Assembly (NCBI GenBank): GCA_963707635.1
Contig: OY970173.1
Location: forward strand, 672,001 to 736,000
Length of the DNA stretch: 64,000 nt
Direction of reading: 5' to 3'
Source of the DNA: Candidatus Latescibacterota bacterium
GTDB lineage: Bacteria > Krumholzibacteriota > Krumholzibacteriia > WVZY01 > JAKEHA01
Position numbers and translations under genes: made by a program. Every line of letters begins with the position of its first letter. Position 1 is the first letter of the stretch. Below the pieces are notes generated by a model. That model worked only from the letters and a program-made list of their open reading frames with translations, was not told where the DNA came from and ran no database searches. Positions 39,382 through 48,930 of this stretch are shown here, piece by piece.

Positions 39382-40611
39382 TTATCTAGACCGAAGGAAC
39401 GTCGCGAGGTTGATTTCCCGGTGATCGATCTGGAGCTTGCGCCGGATCGACTGACGGTGCTTGTGGATGGTCTGGGAGGAGAGGCCGAGGGCGTCGGCAA
39501 TCTGTTTCGACGAGCGCCCGACGCGGATCATCTCGAGGATGTCCAGCTCGCGCGGCGTGAGCTTGGAGACGTTGTTTCGATACTGGTCGATATGCCGGCC
39601 GGTCACCTCGTCGAGGCTGCGCTGGAGGAATTCGATGTCGCGCCGCTCGAGGCGCCCCTGGTCGCTGAGCTTGCGCAGCATCGGACGAAGGAGATTGTCT
39701 ACGTTGGAGGCGATTTCGTGGCGATAGCCCTGCTTTTCCACTTCGATGTGCTGGAGCACCTCGTTGAGGGCCACGTTCTTGCGCACGAACTCGACCTGGT
39801 CGCGGCGCAGCGTCTCGCTCAATTCGCGCAGCTGCGCCTCCGCTTCGCGCTGCCGGGTGACGTCGCGCGTGACCGCGAGAATACAGCCGCGCCCCCCGAT
39901 CTCGATGCGCTCGGCGGACACCAGGCACGACCGGACCGATCCGTCGCGGACCACCACTTCCACGGCGAAGTCGCGCACACTCCCCGCCGCGGTCAATTCG
40001 CGGTTCAGCTCGTCGCGGCGCGAGGGGTCGCGCCAGAGCCCCATGTCCAGCGACTTTCGGCCGATGACCTCGCTGCGGACGTAACCGGTCATGCGCTCGA
40101 ACCCTTCGTTGGCTTCGATAAACTCGCCGGTGTCTCCCGAGGTGATCGTGATCGAGTCGGGGCTGCTGCGGAACGCCTTCTCGTAGCGCTCCTGGAACAC
40201 GCGCACCCGGCGTTCCGCCTGCACGCGCTCGGTGACGTCGCGGTAGTTCATCACGAACCCGCCCACGTCGGTGTCCTCGCGCAGGTCCTGGACGATGACA
40301 TCCACGTTGCGCCACGAGCCGTCGCGGTGACGGGCGCGCACGGTGGTTCGATTGGTCTCGCCGTCGCGCGCGATGCGCTGGAGGAATTCGGTGGCCTGCT
40401 GGACGTCGTCGGGGTGGACGAAGTCCAGGGGATTGGTGCCGATCAGGTCGCGCGGCTGGTGGCCGAGGACACGCTCCACCGACGGGCTCACGAAGATGGT
40501 GCGGAAGTCGCGGTCGACGACCTTGATGACGTCGAACGCGTTGCGGATGAGCGCCTGGAACAGGAGCGCCATCAAAGCCGCATCGGAAGTCTCTGGGCGT
40601 TGTGTGTTCAC
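39382..40611 (-). CDS. PAS-PAS-LuxR HTH one-component transcriptional regulator
   Basis: VHPDD...RDVTER PAS motifs; LTPRELDILEMIRVGRSSKQIADALGLSSQTIHKHR. Confidence 0.9.
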   Translation of the reverse strand: MNTQRPETSDAALMALLFQALIRNAFDVIKVVDRDFRTIFVSPSVERVLGHQPRDLIGTNPLDFVHPDDVQQATEFLQRIARDGETNRTTVRARHRDGSWRNVDVIVQDLREDTDVGGFVMNYRDVTERVQAERRVRVFQERYEKAFRSSPDSITITSGDTGEFIEANEGFERMTGYVRSEVIGRKSLDMGLWRDPSRRDELNRELTAAGSVRDFAVEVVVRDGSVRSCLVSAERIEIGGRGCILAVTRDVTRQREAEAQLRELSETLRRDQVEFVRKNVALNEVLQHIEVEKQGYRHEIASNVDNLLRPMLRKLSDQGRLERRDIEFLQRSLDEVTGRHIDQYRNNVSKLTPRELDILEMIRVGRSSKQIADALGLSSQTIHKHRQSIRRKLQIDHREINLATFLRSR

Positions 40612-40733
40612 GTGCTCATGGGGGGTTTTGGGTACGGCTCAAGGATAGGCGGTCTGGGCACAGGAATCAAGCACCGGAATAGTCCGCTATGTGCTATCTT
40701 TTTACAGGACCTGATGATACGCGAGGAAACCCG

Positions 40734-42566
40734 ATGAGCGACGGCACCCCGATCGACCGTCTGAAAGCGGCGGCGGACAGTTTTCCCACCGAGCCCGGGG
40801 TCTATCTCTTCAAGGACGAAGTCGGCCGCGTGCTCTACGTGGGCAAGGCGCAGTCGCTTCGAACCCGCGCCCGGAGCTACTTCCGCGAGGGCGGCGACGG
40901 TCGCGCGAGCATCGAATTCCTCCTCCAGAAATCACGCAGCCTCGACTGCATCGTCACCGGAACCGAGCAGGAAGCGCTGATCCTCGAGAACAACCTCATC
41001 AAGAAACACCGGCCGCGCTACAACGTCGTGTTCAAGGACGACAAGACCTACGTCAACCTGCGTCTCAATACCGACCACCCGTTCCCGCGCATCACCGTGG
41101 TGCGCCGCCCCCGGCGCGACGGCGCGCAATACTTCGGACCGTTCGCGTCGGCCGGCTCGGTCCGGCACACGCTGCGCACGCTGGGGCGCATCTTTCCGAT
41201 GCGCACGTGCACCGACGCGGAGCTGGAGAGTCGCACGCGGCCGTGCCTCTATCACTACATCAAGCGCTGTCCGGCGCCGTGCGTTGGAAAGATCGACGCG
41301 CAGGAGTACGCGGAAACGGTCAAGCGCGTGACCATGTTTCTCAAGGGGCGCAACCAGGAGCTGCTAAAGACCCTGCGCGATAAGATGGAGCTGCAGTCGG
41401 CGGAGCGGAGGTACGAAGACGCGGCGCGCACGCGCGATCAGGTGTACTCGATCCAGCGCGTGATGGAAAAGCAGCACATCTCGTCGCCGCGGCGCGCCGA
41501 GCGCGACGTGTTTGCCACCTGCCACCGCCACGAGCGGCTGGTGATCCAGATGCTGGCGGTGCGGGGCGGGGAGGTTTCCGGGGCGGAGACCTTTGCCTTC
41601 TCGAGCGCGGTCCAGCCGACCGGGGAACACCTGGGGTCGTTCCTGAACCAGTACTACCAGAGCGGCGCGACGATTCCCGACGAGGTGCTCACCGCTGACG
41701 AGATACCGGATGCGGCCCCGCTCGAAGCCCTGCTGTCGGAGCGGGCGAAACGCGCGGTGTCGATCACCCGGCCGAAACGCGGCGAACGCGTGACCCTCGT
41801 CGAGCTGGCCCGGCGCAACGCCCGCGTCGCGTTCGACGAGGGCCGCGGGGGTGAACGCAACCGCGAGCTTCTGGAGGACCTGCAGGAGCTCCTCTCGCTC
41901 GAGCATTACCCGCGGCGGATCGAGTGTTTCGACATTTCGAACCTGCAGGGGACGAAGGCGGTCGGGTCGGGGGTCGTGTTCATCGACGGCGCGCCGGCGA
42001 AATCGGCCTACCGGCGCTATCGGATTCGCACCGTCGAGGGTTCCGACGACACCGGGATGATGCGCGAGGTACTGGAGCGGCGGGTGGCCCGCGGCCTCAA
42101 GGAGGGAGACCTTCCGGACCTGCTCATCGTCGACGGCGGGCGCGGGCAGCTGAACGTGGCGCGGGACGTCCTGCACCGCCTCGGGGCCGACGTCGTCGCC
42201 GCCGTCGGGATGGCGAAGGTCCGGGAAGGAGAGGGGCGCAAGGTGCGCGGCAAGGAGCGAATCTACCTCCCCGACGTAGCCGAGCCCCTATTCCTCGAGG
42301 GGGCATCCCCGGCGCTCCATCTCCTGGAACGGGTCCGAGACGAGGCGCACCGATTCGCGATCGCGTACCACCGGGAATTGCGCGGGAAGGCCATGGGGCA
42401 GTCGAAACTCGACTCGGTTCCGGGCATCGGCCGGGTGCTGAAGCAGAGACTCCTGCAGGAGTTCGGAAGCGTCGAACGCATCCGGCGCGCCCCTATCGAG
42501 GTGCTGGCCGCCGTCCCGGGAATGTCCCCACGGCGGGCGTGGGCGGTGAAGGACGCCCTCGGTTGA
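40734..42566 (+). CDS. uvrC: Excinuclease ABC subunit C
   Basis: PGVYLF..YVGKA GIY-YIG, IECFDISN, DGGRGQL, RDEAHRFA, HhH. Confidence 0.95.
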   Translation: MSDGTPIDRLKAAADSFPTEPGVYLFKDEVGRVLYVGKAQSLRTRARSYFREGGDGRASIEFLLQKSRSLDCIVTGTEQEALILENNLIKKHRPRYNVVFKDDKTYVNLRLNTDHPFPRITVVRRPRRDGAQYFGPFASAGSVRHTLRTLGRIFPMRTCTDAELESRTRPCLYHYIKRCPAPCVGKIDAQEYAETVKRVTMFLKGRNQELLKTLRDKMELQSAERRYEDAARTRDQVYSIQRVMEKQHISSPRRAERDVFATCHRHERLVIQMLAVRGGEVSGAETFAFSSAVQPTGEHLGSFLNQYYQSGATIPDEVLTADEIPDAAPLEALLSERAKRAVSITRPKRGERVTLVELARRNARVAFDEGRGGERNRELLEDLQELLSLEHYPRRIECFDISNLQGTKAVGSGVVFIDGAPAKSAYRRYRIRTVEGSDDTGMMREVLERRVARGLKEGDLPDLLIVDGGRGQLNVARDVLHRLGADVVAAVGMAKVREGEGRKVRGKERIYLPDVAEPLFLEGASPALHLLERVRDEAHRFAIAYHRELRGKAMGQSKLDSVPGIGRVLKQRLLQEFGSVERIRRAPIEVLAAVPGMSPRRAWAVKDALG

Positions 42567-42578
42567 CCCCCCGGTGCA

Positions 42579-42607
42579 TTGACTTTCGAGGGGCACCCCC
42601 TTATGAT
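42579..42607 (+). promoter_or_regulatory. Sigma70 promoter
   Basis: TTGACT-N17-TATGAT. Confidence 0.6.
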
Positions 42608-42680
42608 GCGTGTGGCCTGGCAGTTGCGCGAGGCCGCCCCACCACCGTCTTTCAACGCAGCATTTCCGGAGGTTCAGGAG

Positions 42681-43760
42681 TTGAATTCGACACGTGCGTT
42701 CGTCGTTGTGGCGTTGGGTGTGCTCGCAGTCGTTGCGGCCTGTAGCGAAACCACCCTGCCTCCGCCTCCCGGGCTACCCCCCCAGATCGAGACCCTGGCG
42801 TCGTACTCGTATTCGAACACCGGCCTGACCAACAACGACGTGTACGCCTTCCTGGCGGTGAGCAACGGCGAGTTCTGGATTGGCGGCGCGTCCGGCATCG
42901 CCAGGTTCCCCGATGAGAACGCCACCTCGCGCGACCCGGATGCCTACGTGAGCGAGATCACCGGGCTGCCCAACTCGAAGGTCCGCGTGATGGTCGAGTA
43001 CAGCGGCAAGGTCTATGTCGGCACCTGGGGCGGTGGCGTCGGCGTGTACGACGTTGCCGGCGGCACGTGGACGGCGATCCAGCAGAGGACGAACGGGCTG
43101 CGCAACAACAGCATCGCCGACATCGAGGTGTCCGCGGAGTCGGGGGGCCGCATCTACTTCGCCACCAACGACGGGGTGAGTATCTACAACCCGGCCACCC
43201 AGACGTTCACCAGCGTCGTTACGCCGCCGCTCCTCGACAAGCTGGTTTCGAGCATCGAGGTCGTCGACTTCAGCGGGACCATCAATCGCTGGTACGGCCC
43301 CCGCAACGAGGTAAGGTTGACACCCGCCCAGATCCTCGTCCACGGGATCACGGTGACCCGGACCCCCGGGACGACATACACGTACACGCCCGCCAACTCC
43401 GGCATTGCGGAGCCCAATGTGAACGACATCCTCTACGACAGCGACCGCCAGTCGTACTGGGTGGCGTACGGGTCGAAGGGGATCGCCGAGGTCAGCCTGA
43501 CACAGAAGACGTGGACCACGGACACGTTGGTGCAGGGGCTTCCGTCCAATACGGTGTATTCGATCACGCGCGCCAACGGCATCATGTGGGCGGCCACCCT
43601 GAACGGCCTGGCCAAGCGCGTGGGCGAACACAAGTGGCAGGGGTATGATCGCGGCGGCGGGCTCCAGGCGGACCGCGTACGCGCCGTCTATTCGCCAGAC
43701 GGGGATCGCCTCTATGTCGCCTTCATGGACGGTGGCGCCGCACGCGTCCAGACGCACTAG
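42681..43760 (+). CDS. Lipoprotein with Reg_prop-type beta-propeller repeats
   Basis: TTG start after AGGAG; lipobox VAA-C; repeated GL.NN.V...W.GT..G. Confidence 0.75.
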   Translation: MNSTRAFVVVALGVLAVVAACSETTLPPPPGLPPQIETLASYSYSNTGLTNNDVYAFLAVSNGEFWIGGASGIARFPDENATSRDPDAYVSEITGLPNSKVRVMVEYSGKVYVGTWGGGVGVYDVAGGTWTAIQQRTNGLRNNSIADIEVSAESGGRIYFATNDGVSIYNPATQTFTSVVTPPLLDKLVSSIEVVDFSGTINRWYGPRNEVRLTPAQILVHGITVTRTPGTTYTYTPANSGIAEPNVNDILYDSDRQSYWVAYGSKGIAEVSLTQKTWTTDTLVQGLPSNTVYSITRANGIMWAATLNGLAKRVGEHKWQGYDRGGGLQADRVRAVYSPDGDRLYVAFMDGGAARVQTH

Positions 43761-43782
43761 GCTCGAGGCGCGGGCCTGCCGG

Positions 43783-44928
43783 TCAGGCGATTTCGAACGT
43801 CTTCGGGAAGCGCGTCAGGTTGACGATTCCGCGTCTGGTGACCAGGACCGTATCCTCGATACGAACCCCGCCGTGCGGGTGGTAGTACAAGCCCGGCTCG
43901 ACCGTCACCACCATCCCCGATTCCAGCACCACGTCGTTGTCCGCGATCCGCGGAGCCTCGTGAATCTCCAGCCCCAGCCCGTGGCCGGTCCCGTGGAAGA
44001 AACCCTGCATGCGCCCGTCGATCTTGCCGGTTGGAAACCCCCGCGCGTCGAACAGCTTGAGAATACCGCGGTGGATGTCGCGCGCGCGTGCTCCGTGGCG
44101 GATCGAGCGCAGCGCCAGGCGCTGGCCGGCGAGCACCGCATCGTACATGCGGCGAACGCGGTCGCTCGGCGCGCCCTTGACCACGGTGCGGGTGATGTCC
44201 GCGAAGTAGCCGGTCGCCTCGGAGCGCGGGAAGATATCAATGATGATGGGGTCGCCGGCCCGGATGTGTCCGCCGCCCACATCGTGCGGGTCGCACCCGC
44301 GGCGTCCCGCCGCGACGATGGTGTGGGCCGGCATGCACCCGCGCGCGAGGATCTCGAGATTGGCAGTGCGGCGCAGGGACTCGGCCGTGAGCCGCTTGCC
44401 ACCGCTCACCACCCAGCCACCGGCCACGCGCGATTGGCGCAGCACGTCGATCGCCGCGCCCAATCCCGCCTCGGTGGCGCGCATGGCGGCGCGAACCGCG
44501 GCGGTTTCGGCGGGCGACTTGTGCAGTCGTTCCGGGAACAGCGGCCCGTCCGCGATGCGCACGCGCACGCCACGTGAGCGCAGGCGCTCCACCATCCCGG
44601 CCGGAAAGCGCGCCGGCACCAGGACCGCGCGTATGGACAAGTCGCGCAGCACCTCGGCGACGACGTCGGCGGGCGCGGGTTCGGAACCGAGCCGCGCCTT
44701 CGCCCGCTCGACATAGCGCGAGAACGAGAGCACGCGGTGGGCCTTCGCCTGCGCGCGCGTCCGATCGATCTCCAGATCGCTCATCACGAAGATGCGGCGG
44801 CCGCCGGCGCTCCGGATGAACACGAACGGATCCGGGCAGAAGAAACGCGTCGCGTACCACACATCGGCGTCGGATTCGCTGGACGCATAGAGTAGAATGG
44901 TCTGGCCGTTGGCGGCCGCTCGAGGCAT
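43783..44928 (-). CDS. Xaa-Pro aminopeptidase (M24)
   Basis: DIFP, DITRT, HGTGHGLGLEIHE, TVEPGLY, RIED. Confidence 0.92.
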   Translation of the reverse strand: MPRAAANGQTILLYASSESDADVWYATRFFCPDPFVFIRSAGGRRIFVMSDLEIDRTRAQAKAHRVLSFSRYVERAKARLGSEPAPADVVAEVLRDLSIRAVLVPARFPAGMVERLRSRGVRVRIADGPLFPERLHKSPAETAAVRAAMRATEAGLGAAIDVLRQSRVAGGWVVSGGKRLTAESLRRTANLEILARGCMPAHTIVAAGRRGCDPHDVGGGHIRAGDPIIIDIFPRSEATGYFADITRTVVKGAPSDRVRRMYDAVLAGQRLALRSIRHGARARDIHRGILKLFDARGFPTGKIDGRMQGFFHGTGHGLGLEIHEAPRIADNDVVLESGMVVTVEPGLYYHPHGGVRIEDTVLVTRRGIVNLTRFPKTFEIA

Positions 44929-45029
44929 GGACGTCTCCTTTGGTGCGCGGGTTGCCGGGCGTGCGCCCGGTTTCGCGCCGGCGCCGATCATCGCAGCACC
45001 GCGCGGCCGTGTAAAGCCGTGAACTGGTC

Positions 45030-45866
45030 ATGAACGACAAACGCATCGATCTGCACATGCACTCCCACCACTCGGACGGCGTCCACGCGCCCTCCGTGCT
45101 GGTCGACCTCGCGAAGTGGAAGGGGATCTCGGCCATCTCGCTCAGCGATCACGATTCGCTCGAGGGGTATCCGGAGCTCGCGTCGGCCGCGGAAGCGGCC
45201 GGGATAGAAGTGATGACCGGGGTCGAGCTCTCGTGCGAACACGGGGGCCGCGACCTGCACGTGCTGGCCTACGGGGTCGACTTCGACAGCGAAAACCTCC
45301 AGGGGCTGCTGCGCGAGTTTCGCGCCGCGCGCGAGGAGCGCGGGATCCGCATCGTCGAAAAGCTCGCCGAGCAGGGCGTGCGCCTCGACATCGCGAAGGT
45401 AATGGCCAAGGCTGGAGGGGGAGCGCTCGGCCGGCCCCACATCGCGGCCGCGCTGCTCGAGGCTGGCTACGTGGGGGACCACGCGCAGGCGTTCGTGAAG
45501 TACATCGGCGAGGGGTGCCCCGCCTACGTCGAAAAATTCAAGCTCAGCCCGGCCCAGGCGGTCGACTGCATCCAGGCGGCCGGCGGACTCGCGTTCGTCG
45601 CCCACCCCGGGTACTATCTCGACGACCTCGATTCCTTCACCGATCTGCTCGAGCTCGGGTTCGACGGCATCGAGGTCTACCACCCGCACCACACCGCCGC
45701 CGTGACGACGCGCCTGCTCACCATCGCGCGCGACGCCGGCCTGCTGCTCTCCGGCGGCTCCGACTTCCACGGATTCGCGGGGCGCGACAACCTGGGCGAA
45801 CCGCCGGTGCCGTACGCGCTGTTCGAACGCATCCAGGAACATCTCGACGAAACGAGGCGACCATGA
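45030..45866 (+). CDS. PHP domain phosphoesterase (TrpH/YciV-like)
   Basis: DLHMHSHHSDG, SDHD, GRPH, AHP, GGSDFHG. Confidence 0.92.
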   Translation: MNDKRIDLHMHSHHSDGVHAPSVLVDLAKWKGISAISLSDHDSLEGYPELASAAEAAGIEVMTGVELSCEHGGRDLHVLAYGVDFDSENLQGLLREFRAAREERGIRIVEKLAEQGVRLDIAKVMAKAGGGALGRPHIAAALLEAGYVGDHAQAFVKYIGEGCPAYVEKFKLSPAQAVDCIQAAGGLAFVAHPGYYLDDLDSFTDLLELGFDGIEVYHPHHTAAVTTRLLTIARDAGLLLSGGSDFHGFAGRDNLGEPPVPYALFERIQEHLDETRRP

Positions 45867-46315
45867 TCGAAGCAGGAGACTTGGCCCCCGACTTCACGCT
45901 GCTCGCTGACGACGGCTCGCGCGTCACGCTGTCCGCGCTGCGGGGCCGGCCCGTCATTCTGTTCTTCTTCCCCAAGGCCGACACCCCCGGCTGAACGGCC
46001 GAAGCATGCGATTTCCGGGACGAAATCGCCGCATTCCAGCGCAAGCGCAGCGTCGTGCTCGGCGTCAGCAAGGACTCCGTCAAGGCGCAGGCGAAGTTCA
46101 AGGAGAAGTACCAGCTCCCCTTCCCGCTCCTGAGCGATCCCGACGCGACGGTGTGCAACGCCTACGGGGTGATCAACGAGAAGAGCATGTACGGGAAGGT
46201 GGTGAAGGGGATCGAGCGCTCGACCTTCATCGTCGACGCCGAGGGGCGCATCGCGAAGGTGTACCGGAAGGTCAAGGTGGCCGGCCACGCCCGGGCCGTG
46301 CTCGACGACCTCTAG
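45863..46315 (+). CDS. bcp: BCP/PrxQ peroxiredoxin, probable selenoprotein (Sec44)
   Basis: FFPKADTPG-[TGA 45992]-TAEACDFRD in frame with downstream GVSKD...LLSDPD...RSTF. Confidence 0.88.
45995..46034 (+). promoter_or_regulatory. Bacterial SECIS-like hairpin
   Basis: GCGATTTC-CGGGAC-GAAATCGC stem-loop; loop begins 21 nt after the UGA. Confidence 0.7.
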
Positions 46316-47064
46316 CGCCGTCCCGCGACGGCCCGCCGGCGGGGCCTCCCGCCGCGAGAGCGCCGTGGCGGCGAACCCGCCGCGCTCACGACACGATAGT
46401 GCAAGAACACTTCGCTGCCGACGCGCTTGAGCGACACCAGCGCGAGGCGCGGGTGATCTTTCCACAGGAAGCCTTCGCCGTCCAGGAACGACGGAGCCTG
46501 CTTGCCGCCGATCAGCTGCGGTGTCAGCGTGACGTAAATCTCCGCCACCATCCCCGCCTTCGCGAACGCGAAGTGCACCTCGCCACCGCCCTCCAGCAGG
46601 CAGCGCTTGAGCCCGCGCGCGCGCAGCTCGGCCAGCACCCGCACGGGGGACAGCGATCGCCCCGGCAGCACGATCACCTCCGCGACGCGCTGGAAGCGCT
46701 TCACGCGCGCGGGCGGGGCCGAACGCGTGGTAAAGACAAGCTTGCGCGTGGCATCGCTGGCGAAGAAGCGTGACGTGACGGGCAGATCGAGGAGGCGGCT
46801 CAATACGACGTTGACCGGGTGGGGTGAGCGGCCGCGCGCCGAACGCGCCTCGCGCAGGTCCTCGTAGCGCAGCAGGATCGGATACCCGTCGTGACGGACG
46901 GTCCCCGCACCCACGATCACCGCGTCCGCACGCGAGCGCAGTTCGTCCATCAGACGACGGTCGTGCTCGCTGCCGAGCGGAAAGCGCTCGCGTTTGCGCG
47001 TCGTGATGCGGCCGTCGACGCTGACGGCCATGTTGACGATCACTCCGCGAGGAATCGATTTCAT
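46312..47064 (-). CDS. RibD C-terminal/pyrimidine reductase family protein
   Basis: AVSVDGRI, DAVIVGAGTV, LLEGGGE. Confidence 0.88.
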   Translation of the reverse strand: MKSIPRGVIVNMAVSVDGRITTRKRERFPLGSEHDRRLMDELRSRADAVIVGAGTVRHDGYPILLRYEDLREARSARGRSPHPVNVVLSRLLDLPVTSRFFASDATRKLVFTTRSAPPARVKRFQRVAEVIVLPGRSLSPVRVLAELRARGLKRCLLEGGGEVHFAFAKAGMVAEIYVTLTPQLIGGKQAPSFLDGEGFLWKDHPRLALVSLKRVGSEVFLHYRVVSAAGSPPRRSRGGRPRRRAVAGRR

Positions 47065-47080
47065 GATGCCAATTGACGGC

Positions 47081-47228
47081 GCGGGTCCTGTCGCCGACAG
47101 CCCGCGTTCCGAGCGACTGCGCGGGTCCTGTCATCTCGCCACCCCGCGGGCTTCGCCGCGCGGGGCCCCGTCTCGATGCCACCCGCTTGAGCGTGTGACG
47201 CCGCCGGGCGCCTGTCGGCGACACCCGC
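47081..47228. repeat. REP/MITE-like palindromic element, copy 2, with nested related copy (47121-47186)
   Basis: Same arms as 5741-5835; internal GCGGGTCCTGTC...CACCCGC. Confidence 0.6.
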
Positions 47229-47232
47229 GTGT

Positions 47233-48462
47233 CTACCGGAAGATCCGTCGGAACCTCTCGGCCGCTTCCTCGATCACCGGCACCGGCGTGGCCGAGAAGG
47301 AAATGCGGACGTGATCGGTGAAGTGGCGGCCGAAGCACGAGCCGTAAACGGTCGCGATCCCGTTCTCCATCAGCAGATTGTAGATGTAGTGATTCCGTTC
47401 GTCCGCGGACAGGTCGCCCGGTATGACGTCGGCGAAGTTGGGGAACATGTAGAACGCCCCCGCCGGGCGGTCGACGACCACGCCGCGCAGATCCTTGAGC
47501 CCCTCGTGGAGCGCGTCGCGGCGGCGCTCAAACTCCTGCACCATCCCGTCGATCGCGCGCCGGCTTTCCGGCAGGTTGGACAGCGCCTCCGCGGCGGCGT
47601 GCTGGAGAAACGCCGGGACGCCGGCCGTCTGCGTGTAGTTTCCGAGACGCAGAAGCCTGGCGATCCGGGCGTGACGGGTCACGGCGTAGCCGAGCCGCCA
47701 CCCGGTCATCGCGAACGTCTTGGAAAGGGTGAACACCGTGATGATGTTGTCCTGCGGCACGCGAGCGAGCGAATAGTGCCGGCCGCCGTCGTAGACGATC
47801 TTCTCGTACGCCTCGTCGGAGATGACGAACACTCCGTTGCGGGTGCAGATGTCGACGATGCGCAGCAGCTCGTCCTCGGTGAACACCTTCCCGGTCGGGT
47901 TCTGGGGGTTGTTGAGATAAAAGAAATCGCGGCCGCGAATCGCTGCTTCGACGCGCTCGTAGTCGACGGAGAAATCGCGATTGAGCGGCACCTCGGCGAA
48001 GTCGATCTGTGCGAACGGAACGAAGTTTTCGAGCGCGCAGCTCCAGGTCGGGGAAAACCCGGCTCCGCTCGAGAAGAGTTTGAACGAGAGCTCCAGCCCT
48101 TCCTGTCCGCCGCAGGTCGCGACCACGTGCGCGGGTTCGAGGTCGGTGACCTCCTGGTCGGCGCGGAGCCGTCGGATGACCGCCTCTTTGAAGAACTCTT
48201 CGCCGCCGGACTTGGGATACTTGGTGAGGCCCAGGTCGAGCCCGCGCTTGGCGGCGTCGACGATGAACGGCGGGGTCGGAAAGTCGATTTCGCCGCGCTG
48301 GAAGAAAACGAACTTGCGTCCGGACTTCTCGAATTCCACCGCCCGCTGCTTCGCCTCCTCGCTGATGGAGACGATGGGCGACATGCGTATGTCTTCGAGC
48401 GCGTGGTTGAAGGTGGCGCGCAGCGGCGTGCGCGGGGCCGTCGGTTCGGTGGTCGGTTGCAT
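47233..48462 (-). CDS. PLP-dependent class I/II aminotransferase
   Basis: NNPQNPTG, SDEAY, SKTFAMTGWRLG. Confidence 0.92.
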   Translation of the reverse strand: MQPTTEPTAPRTPLRATFNHALEDIRMSPIVSISEEAKQRAVEFEKSGRKFVFFQRGEIDFPTPPFIVDAAKRGLDLGLTKYPKSGGEEFFKEAVIRRLRADQEVTDLEPAHVVATCGGQEGLELSFKLFSSGAGFSPTWSCALENFVPFAQIDFAEVPLNRDFSVDYERVEAAIRGRDFFYLNNPQNPTGKVFTEDELLRIVDICTRNGVFVISDEAYEKIVYDGGRHYSLARVPQDNIITVFTLSKTFAMTGWRLGYAVTRHARIARLLRLGNYTQTAGVPAFLQHAAAEALSNLPESRRAIDGMVQEFERRRDALHEGLKDLRGVVVDRPAGAFYMFPNFADVIPGDLSADERNHYIYNLLMENGIATVYGSCFGRHFTDHVRISFSATPVPVIEEAAERFRRIFR

Positions 48463-48528
48463 CGGGCCTTTCGATGGTCGCCTCTCCGCCCGGCTGCGCT
48501 TGCCGCGCGGCCGATGGGAGAAGCGAGG

Positions 48529-48849
48529 CTAGGGTTTTGCCTTGTGGCGTGCGGCGCGGCGCAGCTTGCGCCGGTAGCGCCGCAGCGCCGTGTTGAACTC
48601 GTCGACTTTCGCTCGCTGTACTTTTTCCGCCGCCGCCGCGCGGTCCTTCTTGAGCGAACGGATTCTCTGCTTCAAGTCGGCGCGGGTGAGCGGGCCGCTC
48701 CTGCCCGACGCACCGCCGGCCGCGCCCCCGGAGAGCAGGGCCACGAGGCCGTCCTTCTTCATCGTGGCGAGACCCTTGACGTCGCCGAGCTTTTTCGCTT
48801 CCTCGCGGAGTTCCGCCACCGTCATCTTCTTCAGAGCATCGGCATCCAT
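48529..48849 (-). CDS. Small basic protein with Rho N-terminal-like helical domain
   Basis: LKKMTVAELREEAKKLG...MKKDGLVALL. Confidence 0.65.
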   Translation of the reverse strand: MDADALKKMTVAELREEAKKLGDVKGLATMKKDGLVALLSGGAAGGASGRSGPLTRADLKQRIRSLKKDRAAAAEKVQRAKVDEFNTALRRYRRKLRRAARHKAKP

Positions 48850-48930
48850 CGCGGTTCCTTTCGAATGGTGTTTTGATCGAGGCGGGCGTATGATACAACA
48901 CCCCAAATCCCGTCAACAAGGGCGGTCACG

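Noticed and set aside
45992..45994. bcp as a nonsense pseudogene
   Set aside because: The stop falls exactly on the catalytic Cys and is followed by a SECIS-like hairpin with an intact downstream frame, so Sec is the better explanation
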